64,000 nucleotides of DNA from a virus (IMGVR_UViG_3300042997_001039:1-64000), one strand, 5' to 3'; counted from the first letter of the stretch, positions 20,246-30,823 are shown. Program-made: numbers and translations. Notes: a model not told the origin generated them from the letters alone.

Positions 20246-21196
20246 ATGAAGAAAGTATTAGGACCAAATGACTATCAAACTTTTGAGATTGATAGTCAAA
20301 CCTCCCATGTAATTTTTCATGATTGCATGGGAGGGTTTGATTCTAACTATCGATCTCCGGTGTTAGATCGATTAGTACAGGTAACTAACAGTAGACCTTT
20401 AATAGTCCAAACAGAGTATCTGCCTAATGACAGAATTCGAAATAATTATCCCAGCTTAGATATTCAATTTGATATAGAACAACACCTAAATGTGTTGGGT
20501 CAATTTTATCAATATCGAATGCACCCCGAGATAAACTTTAAAAACTTTGTTTGCAGTTTTAATGGAACTGCACATGTATCAAGGAAGCTATTAGTCGCTA
20601 TACTATACAGGATGGGCTGGTACAATCCTGAATATTCCAGTAAGGTATTTGCATTTACCAACAACGAGCTTGTGGGACACATACAAGATTTTGTCGGCGA
20701 TCAAGAAAGATTTTATTGTAAATTCTTTACCGATAACAATTCTGACAAATTCTTTAACTCGACAAATGAGTTTAATTATAGAAGATTTGATCATTCGACT
20801 AACATTATAACTTTGGAAAACAAACTAACAAAAAGTTTTGTCCATCTAGTGAGCGAGAGTATGTCAACAACATATTGTCCATGCATTGGTGAAAAATTTC
20901 TTTATAGTGTTGTTACACGCGGACTTTTTGTTTGTTATGCACCATTGAATTGTCATAAACAATTGTTCGACTGTCACGGATTTAAAGCCTACGATAAAAT
21001 ATTTGATTATAGATTTGACACTGTTGAAAATCCTGTGGAACGACTAATGTGTCTTGTAGAAATGCTTACTAAGTTTGAGAAGCTCAGTCAAGATGATTGG
21101 ATGGATCTTTATCGACTAGAAACAGATGCAATTGAATTCAATTATGATCATTACTTTAGCAAAAATTATATCAAATGCCTTGAGCGTTTTGTTTAG
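20246..21196 (+). CDS. Putative GT-B-type glycosyltransferase-like protein
   Basis: C-terminal HLVSES...EK...GF..YD.IFDY.FD.VE...ERL pattern of a phage family resembling exostosin/GT10-like enzymes. AT-rich. Confidence 0.45.
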   Translation: MKKVLGPNDYQTFEIDSQTSHVIFHDCMGGFDSNYRSPVLDRLVQVTNSRPLIVQTEYLPNDRIRNNYPSLDIQFDIEQHLNVLGQFYQYRMHPEINFKNFVCSFNGTAHVSRKLLVAILYRMGWYNPEYSSKVFAFTNNELVGHIQDFVGDQERFYCKFFTDNNSDKFFNSTNEFNYRRFDHSTNIITLENKLTKSFVHLVSESMSTTYCPCIGEKFLYSVVTRGLFVCYAPLNCHKQLFDCHGFKAYDKIFDYRFDTVENPVERLMCLVEMLTKFEKLSQDDWMDLYRLETDAIEFNYDHYFSKNYIKCLERFV

Positions 21197-21207
21197 TTAT
21201 TAGAAAA

Positions 21208-21795
21208 ATGCAGCTACTTATAATCGGTGATAGTTTTGCTGCAGACTGGTCTGTTAAATATCGAGAAAAACATGGTTGGCCAAATTATCTAGCAGACAAA
21301 TATTCAGTAACCAACCTTGCACAAGCGGGTTGTAGCGAGTACAAGATTAAAAAACAATTGGATTCGATAAAACTCAAAGACTATACGCATTGTATTGTGA
21401 CTCATACTAGCCCGTCGAGGATTCCTGTAGAGAAAAATCCTTTACATTATAACGACACGTTACATCACAATTGCGATTTCATTTATGCAGATGTGGCTGA
21501 ATCTTCGAATATCGAAGTGTTGTGTGTTAAAGAATATTACGAAAAATTTTACAATGAGAATTTTTATAGATATGTATATGAACTTATAGCACAAGATATT
21601 TTTGACACATTGAATGGTGCTAAAATCAAAACATTACATATCTCATTTTTTGATTACCCTTTACGCTGTTTGGATTTTAATTATTACAAATTATTTAAGA
21701 AATTACCCGGAACCACAAACCATTTATCAGAAATAGGCAACAAAAAAGTTTTTACCAGTATCAATCATTGGTTAGAATCAGATGAAAAAATCTAA
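21208..21795 (+). CDS. SGNH/GDSL-like hydrolase or acyltransferase
   Basis: IIGDSFA (block I), NLAQAGCS (block II) and NHLSE.GN (catalytic His). Confidence 0.8.
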   Translation: MQLLIIGDSFAADWSVKYREKHGWPNYLADKYSVTNLAQAGCSEYKIKKQLDSIKLKDYTHCIVTHTSPSRIPVEKNPLHYNDTLHHNCDFIYADVAESSNIEVLCVKEYYEKFYNENFYRYVYELIAQDIFDTLNGAKIKTLHISFFDYPLRCLDFNYYKLFKKLPGTTNHLSEIGNKKVFTSINHWLESDEKI

Positions 21796-22636
21796 AGTAA
21801 TAATTGGCGGTTGTAGTTATACTGCTGGACTGCCCTGGCCATCGCGGCTATTTCCCAATACTGATGTGTTAAACTTGGCACAAGGTGGGGCCAGTAATCG
21901 ATTTATCAGCGACAGTATTATACACAGTATTGATCTTGCTAATAAACCTGACTTTGTTTTTATACTGTGGACTGGATTAAACAAATTGGATATGATTTTA
22001 CCAGATTCTCCTGCGGTAAAACAATTAGCACACTTCAATCAGTATTATGGCAAGATTGGAAATTCTTATTATATGTTTGACGGTGGAGACAAGTATAATT
22101 CTGTACTGGTAAAAAATTATAAAAATATCAAAGATCCATTATGGCCTGCGGTGAATAACTTATTGGATTTTTGTAATTTACCTGCCGGGATTGTAGCAGA
22201 ATGTTACAGAAAAAATATCTTGCCAATGCAGCAAGTTGAGTTAAACAACTTGGAACAATATTTGCAAACAAGTTTTTTCCTACAAAGACTATACAAAGAT
22301 TCAAAATTTTTTAACGATGTTTCTTTGTCGGCAGTGGTACAATGCTGTATCTTTTTAGATTATCATAAAATACCTTACCAATTTAGTTTTTTCTGCGATA
22401 TTTTTTCGGATCATGCCGATACTCCATTGTTACAAGGCAAAATTGATAAAACTAATATAAATTTTTCTCGCATTCCTTGGCAAAAGTATGTTAAACTAAC
22501 ACCATACGAATACGGTTTGAAAAACAACTTAATAGCAAAAGACGATTTTCATTTGACTGTTGATGGCATGAATCAATGGGCTAATGAAATAAAACAACAT
22601 TTAATAAAAGGCAATGACCATGGCAAAACCATTTGA
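21782..22636 (+). CDS. SGNH/GDSL-like protein
   Basis: GGCSYT, NLAQGGASN..I, ILWTG..K and DDFHL..DG...WA. Confidence 0.8.
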   Translation: MKKSKVIIGGCSYTAGLPWPSRLFPNTDVLNLAQGGASNRFISDSIIHSIDLANKPDFVFILWTGLNKLDMILPDSPAVKQLAHFNQYYGKIGNSYYMFDGGDKYNSVLVKNYKNIKDPLWPAVNNLLDFCNLPAGIVAECYRKNILPMQQVELNNLEQYLQTSFFLQRLYKDSKFFNDVSLSAVVQCCIFLDYHKIPYQFSFFCDIFSDHADTPLLQGKIDKTNINFSRIPWQKYVKLTPYEYGLKNNLIAKDDFHLTVDGMNQWANEIKQHLIKGNDHGKTI

Positions 22637-23684
22637 TGTATCAAAGTTCCGAAAGGAAATCACAAAAAGTATCGATGGATTAAGCATCGGTTTCAATGAT
22701 CCAACAGACTGGATTTCAACAGGTAATTATGCACTTAATTACTTAATCTCCGGAGACTTTAATAAAGGCGTTCCGCTAGGTAAAGTAACTGTATTTGCAG
22801 GTGAATCGGGTGCAGGAAAATCATATTTCTGTTCTGGCAACATCATTAAGAATGCACAGCAACAAGGCATTTTTGTTATATTAGTCGATAGTGAAAATGC
22901 ACTTGACGAAAGCTGGATGCAAGCACTAGGTGTGGATACTAGCCCAGACAAGCTTCTCAAGCTGTCAATGGCCATGATCGACGATGTAGCTAAAACCATT
23001 GCTACATTTATGGGCGATTACAAGGCATTACCGGATGGCGAACGTCCAAAAGTCTTATTTGTTATTGACAGTTTAGGTATGTTGTTGACACCCACAGACG
23101 TTAATCAGTTTGAAGCAGGCGAAATGAAAGGTGACTTGGGTCGTAAGCCAAAGGCCCTGACAGCACTGGTTCGTAACTGTGTCAACATGTTTGGTAGTTA
23201 TAACGTGGGCATGGTCTGTACCAATCACACATACGCATCACAAGACATGTTTGACCCTGATGACAAAATCTCAGGTGGACAAGGCTTTATCTATGCAAGC
23301 AGTATTGTTATTGCAATGAAGAAGCTGAAGTTGAAAGAGGACGAAGATGGTAACAAGATCTCTGACGTCATGGGTATTCGAGCCGCTTGCAAGGTCATGA
23401 AGACCCGCTATGCTAAACCTTTTGAAGGCGTCCAGGTCAAGATCCCGTACGAGACAGGCATGAACCCTTACAGTGGTCTAGTGGACTTGGCCGAAAAACG
23501 CGGCTTGTTAAAGAAAGATGGCAACAGACTGGCATTTACTACACCCGACGGTGAAGTAATTAAACAATTCCGCAAGGCTTGGGAAAGCAACGAAGATGGT
23601 TGTTTGGACAAAGTTATGCAAGATTTTGCAAAACAGACGGATGTGGTAAGTACTCCTGGCACAGTTACAGAAGGAGAAGAATAA
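22620..23684 (+). CDS. uvsX: RecA-like recombinase UvsX
   Basis: ISTGNYALN, Walker A GESGAGKS, VIDSLGML and GGQGFIYASS. Start MAKPF at 22620. Confidence 0.95.
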   Translation: MAKPFDVSKFRKEITKSIDGLSIGFNDPTDWISTGNYALNYLISGDFNKGVPLGKVTVFAGESGAGKSYFCSGNIIKNAQQQGIFVILVDSENALDESWMQALGVDTSPDKLLKLSMAMIDDVAKTIATFMGDYKALPDGERPKVLFVIDSLGMLLTPTDVNQFEAGEMKGDLGRKPKALTALVRNCVNMFGSYNVGMVCTNHTYASQDMFDPDDKISGGQGFIYASSIVIAMKKLKLKEDEDGNKISDVMGIRAACKVMKTRYAKPFEGVQVKIPYETGMNPYSGLVDLAEKRGLLKKDGNRLAFTTPDGEVIKQFRKAWESNEDGCLDKVMQDFAKQTDVVSTPGTVTEGEE

Positions 23685-23685
23685 C

Positions 23686-23943
23686 ATGTCAGTTGATTTA
23701 GCAGCAGCAGTTTGGGAAGAACTTAAACGTTATATTGGTCCTTTGGACAGAACCGAAGCAGCCGATTCACTGGTCAATTTACTAATAGATAGTAATTTTG
23801 ACTCTGACGAAATTCGTGAATCATTTAGAGGTGATGCCGAAGTTAAAAAAGCCCTACAAGGATACTTAGATGATCATGACGACGAAGAAGAGATCGACGA
23901 CGATAACGATTACGAAGAAGATGATGAGGAAGAAGATTATTAA
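23686..23943 (+). CDS. Small protein with a highly acidic tail
   Basis: 85 aa with a D/E-rich C-terminus, between uvsX and uvsY. Confidence 0.7.
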   Translation: MSVDLAAAVWEELKRYIGPLDRTEAADSLVNLLIDSNFDSDEIRESFRGDAEVKKALQGYLDDHDDEEEIDDDNDYEEDDEEEDY

Positions 23944-23945
23944 TC

Positions 23946-24398
23946 ATGTGGTATAACCGTGTAGTAGCCAATCTCGGAGAAATTCCTAATTTTATTGCTC
24001 ATTTTGAAATAGAGCTTGCGGAAGCCAAACGAGAATGTCGAATTGGTGGCTACGTAGAGATTAATATTAAAGAACTTCCTGGTATAACCGAACATCGTTT
24101 TAATCAACTGCAAGAGATCGAAGCGGTGCTTAACTTTCTAAACATACAACTACGCAAGATTCGTCGCAAGCACTTTAAACACTACCTCGAAGGATACGGC
24201 CGTGCTCTGACCAGTAGAGATGCTGAAAAGTATGTGGATGGCGAGGATGAAGTGATTGATTTTGAAACTATCATTAATGAAGTAGCCCTGCTTCGTAATA
24301 AATGGTTAGGTATTATGAAAGGTCTGGAAAGTAAACAGTGGATGTCGGGGCACATTGTTAGATTAAGAACAGCCGGAATGGAAGATGTACAAGTATGA
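23946..24398 (+). CDS. uvsY: Recombination mediator UvsY-like
   Basis: Helical. L.SRDAEKYVDGEDEV and GLESKQW..GHIVRLR.AG. Sits next to uvsX. Confidence 0.75.
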   Translation: MWYNRVVANLGEIPNFIAHFEIELAEAKRECRIGGYVEINIKELPGITEHRFNQLQEIEAVLNFLNIQLRKIRRKHFKHYLEGYGRALTSRDAEKYVDGEDEVIDFETIINEVALLRNKWLGIMKGLESKQWMSGHIVRLRTAGMEDVQV

Positions 24399-25153
24399 CA
24401 CGATTTAGTCGACCAGAACTTAGCCATCAACACAGCCTTGAAACTCTCAGTTGTTTGTATGAGTACGATGACTTTATGCAGAGTATTGATACTTTAGTTG
24501 ATATGGGTTGCGGCGACGGGCACGATTTAGAATGGTGGGCAACACGAACTACTCGTGACGAATCTGCCCGTCCTCTTAATATTCGTTGTCTTGGCGTAGA
24601 CATGGCCAAAGAATTGCCAATGGCCTATCGTTACTCTAATATACAATACTGTTCTCAAGATTTTGAAATCCCTGTAAAAATGCATAAACACAAATATGAT
24701 ATTGTTTGGTGTCATGATGCATTTCAGTATGTAATTGATCCATTTAATACGTTGGCTAATTGGTGGAAAATAATGAGCACTGGCGGTATGTTAGTTATTG
24801 TTGTGCCACAAACCACTAATCTCGAATTTAATGTACAGGCCTTTGACCAGCAAGACCATTGTTATTATAATTGGACCATGGTCAGTTTATTACATGTTCT
24901 TGCAGTGTCTGGGTTTGATTGCGGCAGCGGATTCTTTAAGAAAAATCCCGGAGATTCGTGGCTACACGCTGTAGTATACAAAAGCGAGCACGAGCCAATG
25001 AATCCCAAGACCACTAAGTGGTATGATCTATGCGATCGAAATTTACTTCCTGAAACAGCAGCACATTCAATACAGAAATATGGTTATTTACGGCAGCGTG
25101 ATTTAATTTTGCCGTGGTTAGATAAAAGTTTAACTTGGTTAGGGAAACAATAA
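24395..25153 (+). CDS. Class I SAM-dependent methyltransferase
   Basis: LVDMGCGDG, GVD, YDIVWCHDAFQY and GGMLVI.VP. Confidence 0.85.
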   Translation: MTRFSRPELSHQHSLETLSCLYEYDDFMQSIDTLVDMGCGDGHDLEWWATRTTRDESARPLNIRCLGVDMAKELPMAYRYSNIQYCSQDFEIPVKMHKHKYDIVWCHDAFQYVIDPFNTLANWWKIMSTGGMLVIVVPQTTNLEFNVQAFDQQDHCYYNWTMVSLLHVLAVSGFDCGSGFFKKNPGDSWLHAVVYKSEHEPMNPKTTKWYDLCDRNLLPETAAHSIQKYGYLRQRDLILPWLDKSLTWLGKQ

Positions 25154-25497
25154 TGATTGCAGGAAAAGTATGGGGCCAAACAGAACTGCTGGAAGCCAAC
25201 GGTGTGCTGGAGTTTCATCGCATTGAAGCTAAAAAAGGTGGAACCTGTAGCAAACATCAACATCAGTACAAATGGAACGGCTTTTATGTTGAAAAAGGTG
25301 CATTGTTGATACGGGTGTGGAAAAACAATTACGACTTAGTTGACGAAACTTTGCTAACAGATGGTATGTATACCAAAGTAGCCCCAGGCGAATTCCATCA
25401 GTTTGAAGCCTTGGCAGATACAGTGGCATTTGAATTGTATTGGGCTGAGTTTGATCACAATGATATCGAAAGAGAAAGCGTAGGATCTATAAAATAA
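25153..25497 (+). CDS. Cupin-fold protein (sugar isomerase/epimerase-like)
   Basis: CSKHQH..K.NGF.V..G.L and PGEFHQFEA metal-binding cupin motifs. Start at 25153. Confidence 0.8.
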   Translation: MIAGKVWGQTELLEANGVLEFHRIEAKKGGTCSKHQHQYKWNGFYVEKGALLIRVWKNNYDLVDETLLTDGMYTKVAPGEFHQFEALADTVAFELYWAEFDHNDIERESVGSIK

Positions 25498-26150
25498 TGT
25501 ACGAACATTTGGGTTGGTATTTCCCTGACCTCGATCAACACTTTTCAAGAACTGTGTCGCAATGGCCAGAGACCGATTATCAACAGGCCACTATCGATGA
25601 AGCATTGCAACACGTAACAAAATTTGATTGTGCAGTCGATGTTGGCGGAAATATCGGCCTACACACTGTTAGATTTGCACAAAAGTTTCAACAAGTTCAC
25701 TCGTTTGAACCTACTGCGGTCAATTTTGAATGTCTTGCCAAGAATACCGAATCTCTTGATAATGTTACACTGCATCAATTGGGATTGGGACATGAGCAAA
25801 CTGTATTAACAATACGACTACCGGTTGCATCTGACAATTGTGGTAATTTTTCTATAGTTGATTTTGATACAGATACTAACACAATTGATCAATCAATTTC
25901 GATAGTGACCATGGATTCGTTAAATCTTGCACCAGACTTGATCAAGATAGATGTGCAAGGGTTTGATTACAATGTGTTAGTTGGAGCTGCTGACACTATC
26001 AAGACTTACCGACCAGTAATTATTATAGAGTCTGAAACTAAAAAATCAAGAAACACCATCGGCGAATTCTTAACTGTGCGTGGCTATTCAGTAGCAGCTA
26101 AAATCCGCCATGATCAAATTTGGGTGTATTCTGAAACAGCCTTGCAATAG
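25497..26150 (+). CDS. FkbM-family methyltransferase
   Basis: AVDVGGNIGLH, SFEP..VNF, LIKIDVQGFD..VL.GA and P.IIIE. Confidence 0.9.
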   Translation: MYEHLGWYFPDLDQHFSRTVSQWPETDYQQATIDEALQHVTKFDCAVDVGGNIGLHTVRFAQKFQQVHSFEPTAVNFECLAKNTESLDNVTLHQLGLGHEQTVLTIRLPVASDNCGNFSIVDFDTDTNTIDQSISIVTMDSLNLAPDLIKIDVQGFDYNVLVGAADTIKTYRPVIIIESETKKSRNTIGEFLTVRGYSVAAKIRHDQIWVYSETALQ

Positions 26151-26958
26151 GTTGTCCTGTAGCCAATTCTGCACAGGTCCACTCTGTATGTGAGAGATTG
26201 ATCAACCACTCGCTACGATCAGGTCTTGCAGGTGATTCAATCAGGCTCCAGTCTAAGTTGGCCACTGGTGCAGCCAAACTCGTTTCACCTACAAAAGCAG
26301 GAACACCAGACACGACAGCTTGACTGCCAGGCCCGCTGTTCCAGTTTATCACAGCCCACGCATGATTTAATGCTCTATCAAAATCAAAGTCATCGTAGGT
26401 ATCGGGCATGTGCAAGGGCTTGTCTATAATACAACCTGGTAATACTACAACTTCTCGTCTAGGGTGACTGCGTATCACTATGGGTCTTTGTGTATGTTTG
26501 CGAAGATCGTCTACTGTTTGTTTCAACCAAGTCTCGATAGCGGGTTGTCCTGCCCATTGCTCGCTGTCGTCTCTTTGTAGAGCAATTATAATGTCATCCC
26601 CTGACTCACGCCACGGTTTCAATTGCAAATTTAGTTTCTGTGGTCTTTGTAGATCTATCCCGTGACCATAAAAGGCATTTGCTCCTGTACCATTTATGCC
26701 CATTTTCCAAGTATGTCCGCGTTGCAACATGCCTACTTCTAACACTATAACTGACCGACCACTATTGCAAAACGTCTGCCATACAGCGTGATTCTGTCGC
26801 ATACGACCCGACCATAACACACTCCAAATAACAGCAACATCTGCTGACATGTCGTGACTGCTGTGTGCAAAGCCCAGCTGATCGAGCCCTTGCTGAAACG
26901 CAGCAAACACTGGTTGACTGTTTAAGGCACCAAATTTATTAAATAGACCAAAACGCAT
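26098..26958 (-). CDS. Capsule-synthesis-like GT-B protein (KpsC/KpsS-like), paralog 1
   Basis: IIIALQR..S, IVIRSHP, AVINWNS..G..A...GVP.FV and R..WL..L...EW...E...G. Confidence 0.65.
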   Translation of the reverse strand: MRFGLFNKFGALNSQPVFAAFQQGLDQLGFAHSSHDMSADVAVIWSVLWSGRMRQNHAVWQTFCNSGRSVIVLEVGMLQRGHTWKMGINGTGANAFYGHGIDLQRPQKLNLQLKPWRESGDDIIIALQRDDSEQWAGQPAIETWLKQTVDDLRKHTQRPIVIRSHPRREVVVLPGCIIDKPLHMPDTYDDFDFDRALNHAWAVINWNSGPGSQAVVSGVPAFVGETSLAAPVANLDWSLIESPARPDRSEWLINLSHTEWTCAELATGQPIARLFQNTPKFDHGGF

Positions 26959-26962
26959 GAGA

Positions 26963-26986
26963 TTAAATACCTGAGACAGTATTTAA
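26963..26986. promoter_or_regulatory. Palindromic bidirectional late promoter (TTAAATAC-N8-GTATTTAA)
   Basis: A perfect 8-bp inverted repeat between divergent GT genes; each arm carries TAAATA on its own strand. Confidence 0.6.
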
Positions 26987-26994
26987 GGACATTT

Positions 26995-27816
26995 ATGACT
27001 CGCAAATTTTCTGTAGTAACCACGTTCAATCAAGCCGGATATGACAAGTATGGTAGCCGTATGATTGATACATTTTTGGCAAACTGGCCCCGAGAAGTCA
27101 ATTTATATGTGTATGCAGAAGATTGTCAAGTCGCACAAACAGCACCAAACTTAACTGTATACGATTTTCACGCTCGAGTGCCTGCGTTAGTGGCATTTAA
27201 GAATCAATATCAGGATGATCCACGTGCCAACGGCCGACTACCAATGGGTCCAGCCGGCAGTAACGGCAAACAACGTGGCATTGGATTCCGTTGGGACGCT
27301 GTAAGATTTAGCCACAAGATTTATGCTGTGTGTGATGCTGCCCGTAACAGTCTGGACACTGTTTTTTGGATGGATGCTGACATGGTATGCCATAGCCCAA
27401 TTACATTAGAAACAATTAATAGATTAATGCCGCTGACAGCAGACATTGCTTTCTTGGGTCGCAGTAACAAGTATACCGAAACAGGTTTATGGGCTATCAA
27501 CATGAGCAACAGTGCCAACATGTTGTTCATGCAATGGATGCAGGCAGCATATGATGATGCAGAAACAGGTGTGTTAGCCATGAAAGAATTCCACGACTGT
27601 TGGGTGTTTGATCGCACAAGAGAACGTTTGCAAGCTCAAGTGCCTGCGTGGCGACAATTAAATTGGTCTGCACAATTTGTGATGGGCGAAGGACATCCTC
27701 TTATCAATACAGAATGGGGTGCGTATTTGGATCACCTTAAAGGCAACCGCAAAGATGCCGGTCGTAGCAAGACCAAAGATCTTGTGGTCAACAGAGCAGA
27801 AGGGTATTGGCGATGA
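26995..27816 (+). CDS. GT-A nucleotide-diphospho-sugar transferase
   Basis: VVTTF...GY..YG, RFSHKIYA, WMDAD (DxD), ETG and EFHDCWVFD. Confidence 0.8.
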   Translation: MTRKFSVVTTFNQAGYDKYGSRMIDTFLANWPREVNLYVYAEDCQVAQTAPNLTVYDFHARVPALVAFKNQYQDDPRANGRLPMGPAGSNGKQRGIGFRWDAVRFSHKIYAVCDAARNSLDTVFWMDADMVCHSPITLETINRLMPLTADIAFLGRSNKYTETGLWAINMSNSANMLFMQWMQAAYDDAETGVLAMKEFHDCWVFDRTRERLQAQVPAWRQLNWSAQFVMGEGHPLINTEWGAYLDHLKGNRKDAGRSKTKDLVVNRAEGYWR

Positions 27817-28484
27817 AATCTTTTATTATTCACTTGCCGCGTATTGCCAGCAGTTTAGAATCTGCTTTAAAGACACAACAGGATCTTGCTGCCATCGGAG
27901 TAAACGCCGAACTGTTTGAAGGCACCTATGGTAGCGAAGCCCAGCAAATTTTTGCAGACGAAAACAGAACAGTGCATCCTATTAATTTTCGTGGCAATCC
28001 CACAGAAGAAAGAGATGCAAACAAAGCCAGTAAACCTGGAGTCATGGGTTGCTTCTATAGTCATTACAGGCTATGGAAACGGTGTGTGGAGATCAACGAA
28101 ACTATCTGTGTGTTTGAAGACGATGTTAAAGTACTTAGACCGTTAGCTAAGGTAGAGTTTGATGAAGTCTTAGTAATTGCAATGGGTTCTCGAAAGAATG
28201 AAAAATATCTGCAATACATTCACGATCCACAGGGCGAATGTCATGCAGCTGAATATCTTCATAAATCCATGCCTGGCACTGTGGGCTATATGATCAAACC
28301 TGCGGCTGCTAAAAAGTTATTGGATTATTATAAAAATACTTTTTTGTCCTCAGATAATGCCATTAACAGATGCGTGGTAACAATACAAATACACAGTCAC
28401 ATCATGGGATCCGTTCATCTTGACAAGAAGAGTCTGACAGTTAGCACAAAGTTTTGGGAAAGATATAGGAATAACAATCAATGA
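27813..28484 (+). CDS. GT25-family glycosyltransferase
   Basis: FIIHL.R...., G..GCF.SHY.LW..C, VFEDDV and GT.GY.I...AA.KLL. Confidence 0.85.
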   Translation: MKSFIIHLPRIASSLESALKTQQDLAAIGVNAELFEGTYGSEAQQIFADENRTVHPINFRGNPTEERDANKASKPGVMGCFYSHYRLWKRCVEINETICVFEDDVKVLRPLAKVEFDEVLVIAMGSRKNEKYLQYIHDPQGECHAAEYLHKSMPGTVGYMIKPAAAKKLLDYYKNTFLSSDNAINRCVVTIQIHSHIMGSVHLDKKSLTVSTKFWERYRNNNQ

Positions 28485-29062
28485 AAACATATTTCATAAA
28501 AGAAGGTTATCAACACAGATTAGATAATCGTTATTTTGACGATACTGAAAACACTGACAAGTGGCAGCGAGAAGTTTACACGTTTGCCAAAGATATAGCA
28601 ACAAAAAACAATTTTACCAAGATTATGGACATTGGTACTGGCTCTGCGTATAAGTTACTGGATAACTTCAAAGATTTTGAAACTGTAGGTATTGATGTCC
28701 CTCCTACAGTCAAATGGCTAAGAGAAACATACCCTGACAGAACCTGGGTTGATCAATTTGATCCCATTACTGGATATGATCTTGTAATTGCGTCGGATGT
28801 TATTGAACATATTCCAGACCCTGATGAACTATTAGATCTAATAGAACAGTCGGCTCCTCAACTAATAGTGTTGAGTACACCCGACAGAGACTTGTTGGAA
28901 AGAACTCCGAATGGCCCTCCTAAGAATCGAGCACATGTGAGAGAATGGACCATGCCAGAATTTTACAACTACATAAGTTCTAGATTTGAAGTCATAGAAC
29001 ACTTTATATCCAATCGAAAACAGTCAACTCAGACCATGTTGGCCCGACTGAGATCTAAGTAA
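28481..29062 (+). CDS. Class I SAM-dependent methyltransferase
   Basis: IMDIGTGSA, GID, YDLVIASDVIEHI.DP, LSTP and HVREW...EF. Confidence 0.88.
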   Translation: MKTYFIKEGYQHRLDNRYFDDTENTDKWQREVYTFAKDIATKNNFTKIMDIGTGSAYKLLDNFKDFETVGIDVPPTVKWLRETYPDRTWVDQFDPITGYDLVIASDVIEHIPDPDELLDLIEQSAPQLIVLSTPDRDLLERTPNGPPKNRAHVREWTMPEFYNYISSRFEVIEHFISNRKQSTQTMLARLRSK

Positions 29063-29879
29063 AGCTGTAGGTGAACTCTGGGTTGTACTGATTAACCGGA
29101 CCCAGATACTGTGCTAACAGATCTAAAGCTGCGCCTGACTGCCATTCTGATCTGGTATATTGACACCACGCTATATGTTCGTGCCACGCTGATCTCAAAG
29201 GAGGCTCTACAGGATTCCGCCAATCTTCTAGTGTAGAACGGCCTGCTGCCCATGTTGGACAAGGTTCTGTGCTAATGACTTTTTTACCGTACCAAAAAGC
29301 CTCGCAAGTAATAGCTGAACTTTGAGATACTACCAAATCAGCCCAGTCTAGGTCAGCCCACAAAGTAGAATATCTATTGGAAGCTTTTCCGGGCTTGGCT
29401 CTGATCCTAATCTCAGCACTAGGAAATTGTGTTGACATAGCTTCAGCCCAGGCTTCTGATGACTGACCGCTCCATACTCTAGTGGTTACTTTACTGGGTG
29501 CAATCAACACATTGCGAACCTGTTGTACCTTCCACGAGTGTTGTGGCAATTCCATCTTTGACCAACGCAAATGCGGCAAAGGCTGTAACACAGTATTAGC
29601 CCATCCGTTTACACTGGCTCGGTAAAACATTCTTTTTTTATGTAAGTGGTTACCTAAGTACCCACGCCCGATGTATATTGCGGGCCGACGGTTGTTTAGC
29701 CATGTAGTCACATGTGGCCGTGTGAGATCAGCATAGCAAAATACCGGAATATCTGGCGACACATCTTTCCAATTGTCACATAAAATTATACCAGGTCTTG
29801 TTTGCACCCAATTACTAACCCATTCTTGTATAAATGCATCGTCTTGACAATCTGACATTAACACTTGCAAATTTTTCAT
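29055..29879 (-). CDS. Capsule-synthesis-like GT-B protein, paralog 2
   Basis: VLIAPS, IRIRAKP, LVVSQSSAI.CEA...GK and R..W..HIAW.QY...E...G. Confidence 0.6.
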   Translation of the reverse strand: MKNLQVLMSDCQDDAFIQEWVSNWVQTRPGIILCDNWKDVSPDIPVFCYADLTRPHVTTWLNNRRPAIYIGRGYLGNHLHKKRMFYRASVNGWANTVLQPLPHLRWSKMELPQHSWKVQQVRNVLIAPSKVTTRVWSGQSSEAWAEAMSTQFPSAEIRIRAKPGKASNRYSTLWADLDWADLVVSQSSAITCEAFWYGKKVISTEPCPTWAAGRSTLEDWRNPVEPPLRSAWHEHIAWCQYTRSEWQSGAALDLLAQYLGPVNQYNPEFTYSFT

Positions 29880-30823
29880 AATTTAGCCCATTGACGCATG
29901 TGAGACCAGCACCGTCCTGAAACTAGATCTGCATGGCTCCAGTGAAATTGACTGATACGGTGTAACCAAGCAGTACGGTCTGGCATTAATGGAGTTTCAA
30001 TTTGACTGAGATCACAGTTGGCAATGTCACGGCATTGACTACGGCCAGTATCAGTTACAAATATTGGAACTCCTTCTAACGCAGCTCCTACAGTAGGACT
30101 GGAATTGTGTGCTACTGCTGCCCAACAATATTTTAAATCACGAATTAACGGAATTTCTGGATCACTCACAACAACATCACGTAGAACCCCATCCTTGGCA
30201 AACTCACCAATGTATTTACGTGCATGTTTATCTCCAGGATGTGGGCGAACCACAATAGGTCGATCTGTGTACTTTCTTAATTTTAAAATAGTATCAGCAG
30301 CCCAATCCACAACTGACACATTACCCATACTCCACCCACCGTTTCTTTGCAAACACAGTAAGATATGGTTGCCAGCGGTACGCCAGTCGCGTACACGAAT
30401 GCCCATATCTTGCTGTATACGTTTCCACTGTATAGGATCTGGATTGCTGTCACAGTACTCGCCGGTGTCAGGAAACACACCATCGTAGCTGTAACGCAGA
30501 TAGTGATGTGGATTTTTTATATCGTGATATAAAAATAAATTACTATCAGCAATTACAGTTCGTTTGCCGTGCTGACGTTGCTGGTCAAGTATGTGTTGTC
30601 TAAACTGCAGATGTGGTGCACTTTTACCGTGTTCGTGTACCCAGCCCAACATAACAGCTACATCTGCTGGTTCATATTGTAGTGTAGTAGATAAGATTCC
30701 TTTGTCGCCAACTGCATTTATACCCTCAACATATTTTTTTAATGTTAGAATTTTTTCATTGGACTCGTTGGGTCCTTTTAACAGTTTGGCAGGTAAAGTT
30801 GCAAGATAGCTTACTACTTTCAT
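29876..30823 (-). CDS. Capsule-synthesis-like GT-B protein, paralog 3
   Basis: ILLCLQR, IVVRPHPGD, AVAHNSSP.VGA.LEGVP and R..WL..ISQFHWS. Start revised to 30823 (ATGA overlap). Confidence 0.65.
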   Translation of the reverse strand: MKVVSYLATLPAKLLKGPNESNEKILTLKKYVEGINAVGDKGILSTTLQYEPADVAVMLGWVHEHGKSAPHLQFRQHILDQQRQHGKRTVIADSNLFLYHDIKNPHHYLRYSYDGVFPDTGEYCDSNPDPIQWKRIQQDMGIRVRDWRTAGNHILLCLQRNGGWSMGNVSVVDWAADTILKLRKYTDRPIVVRPHPGDKHARKYIGEFAKDGVLRDVVVSDPEIPLIRDLKYCWAAVAHNSSPTVGAALEGVPIFVTDTGRSQCRDIANCDLSQIETPLMPDRTAWLHRISQFHWSHADLVSGRCWSHMRQWAKL

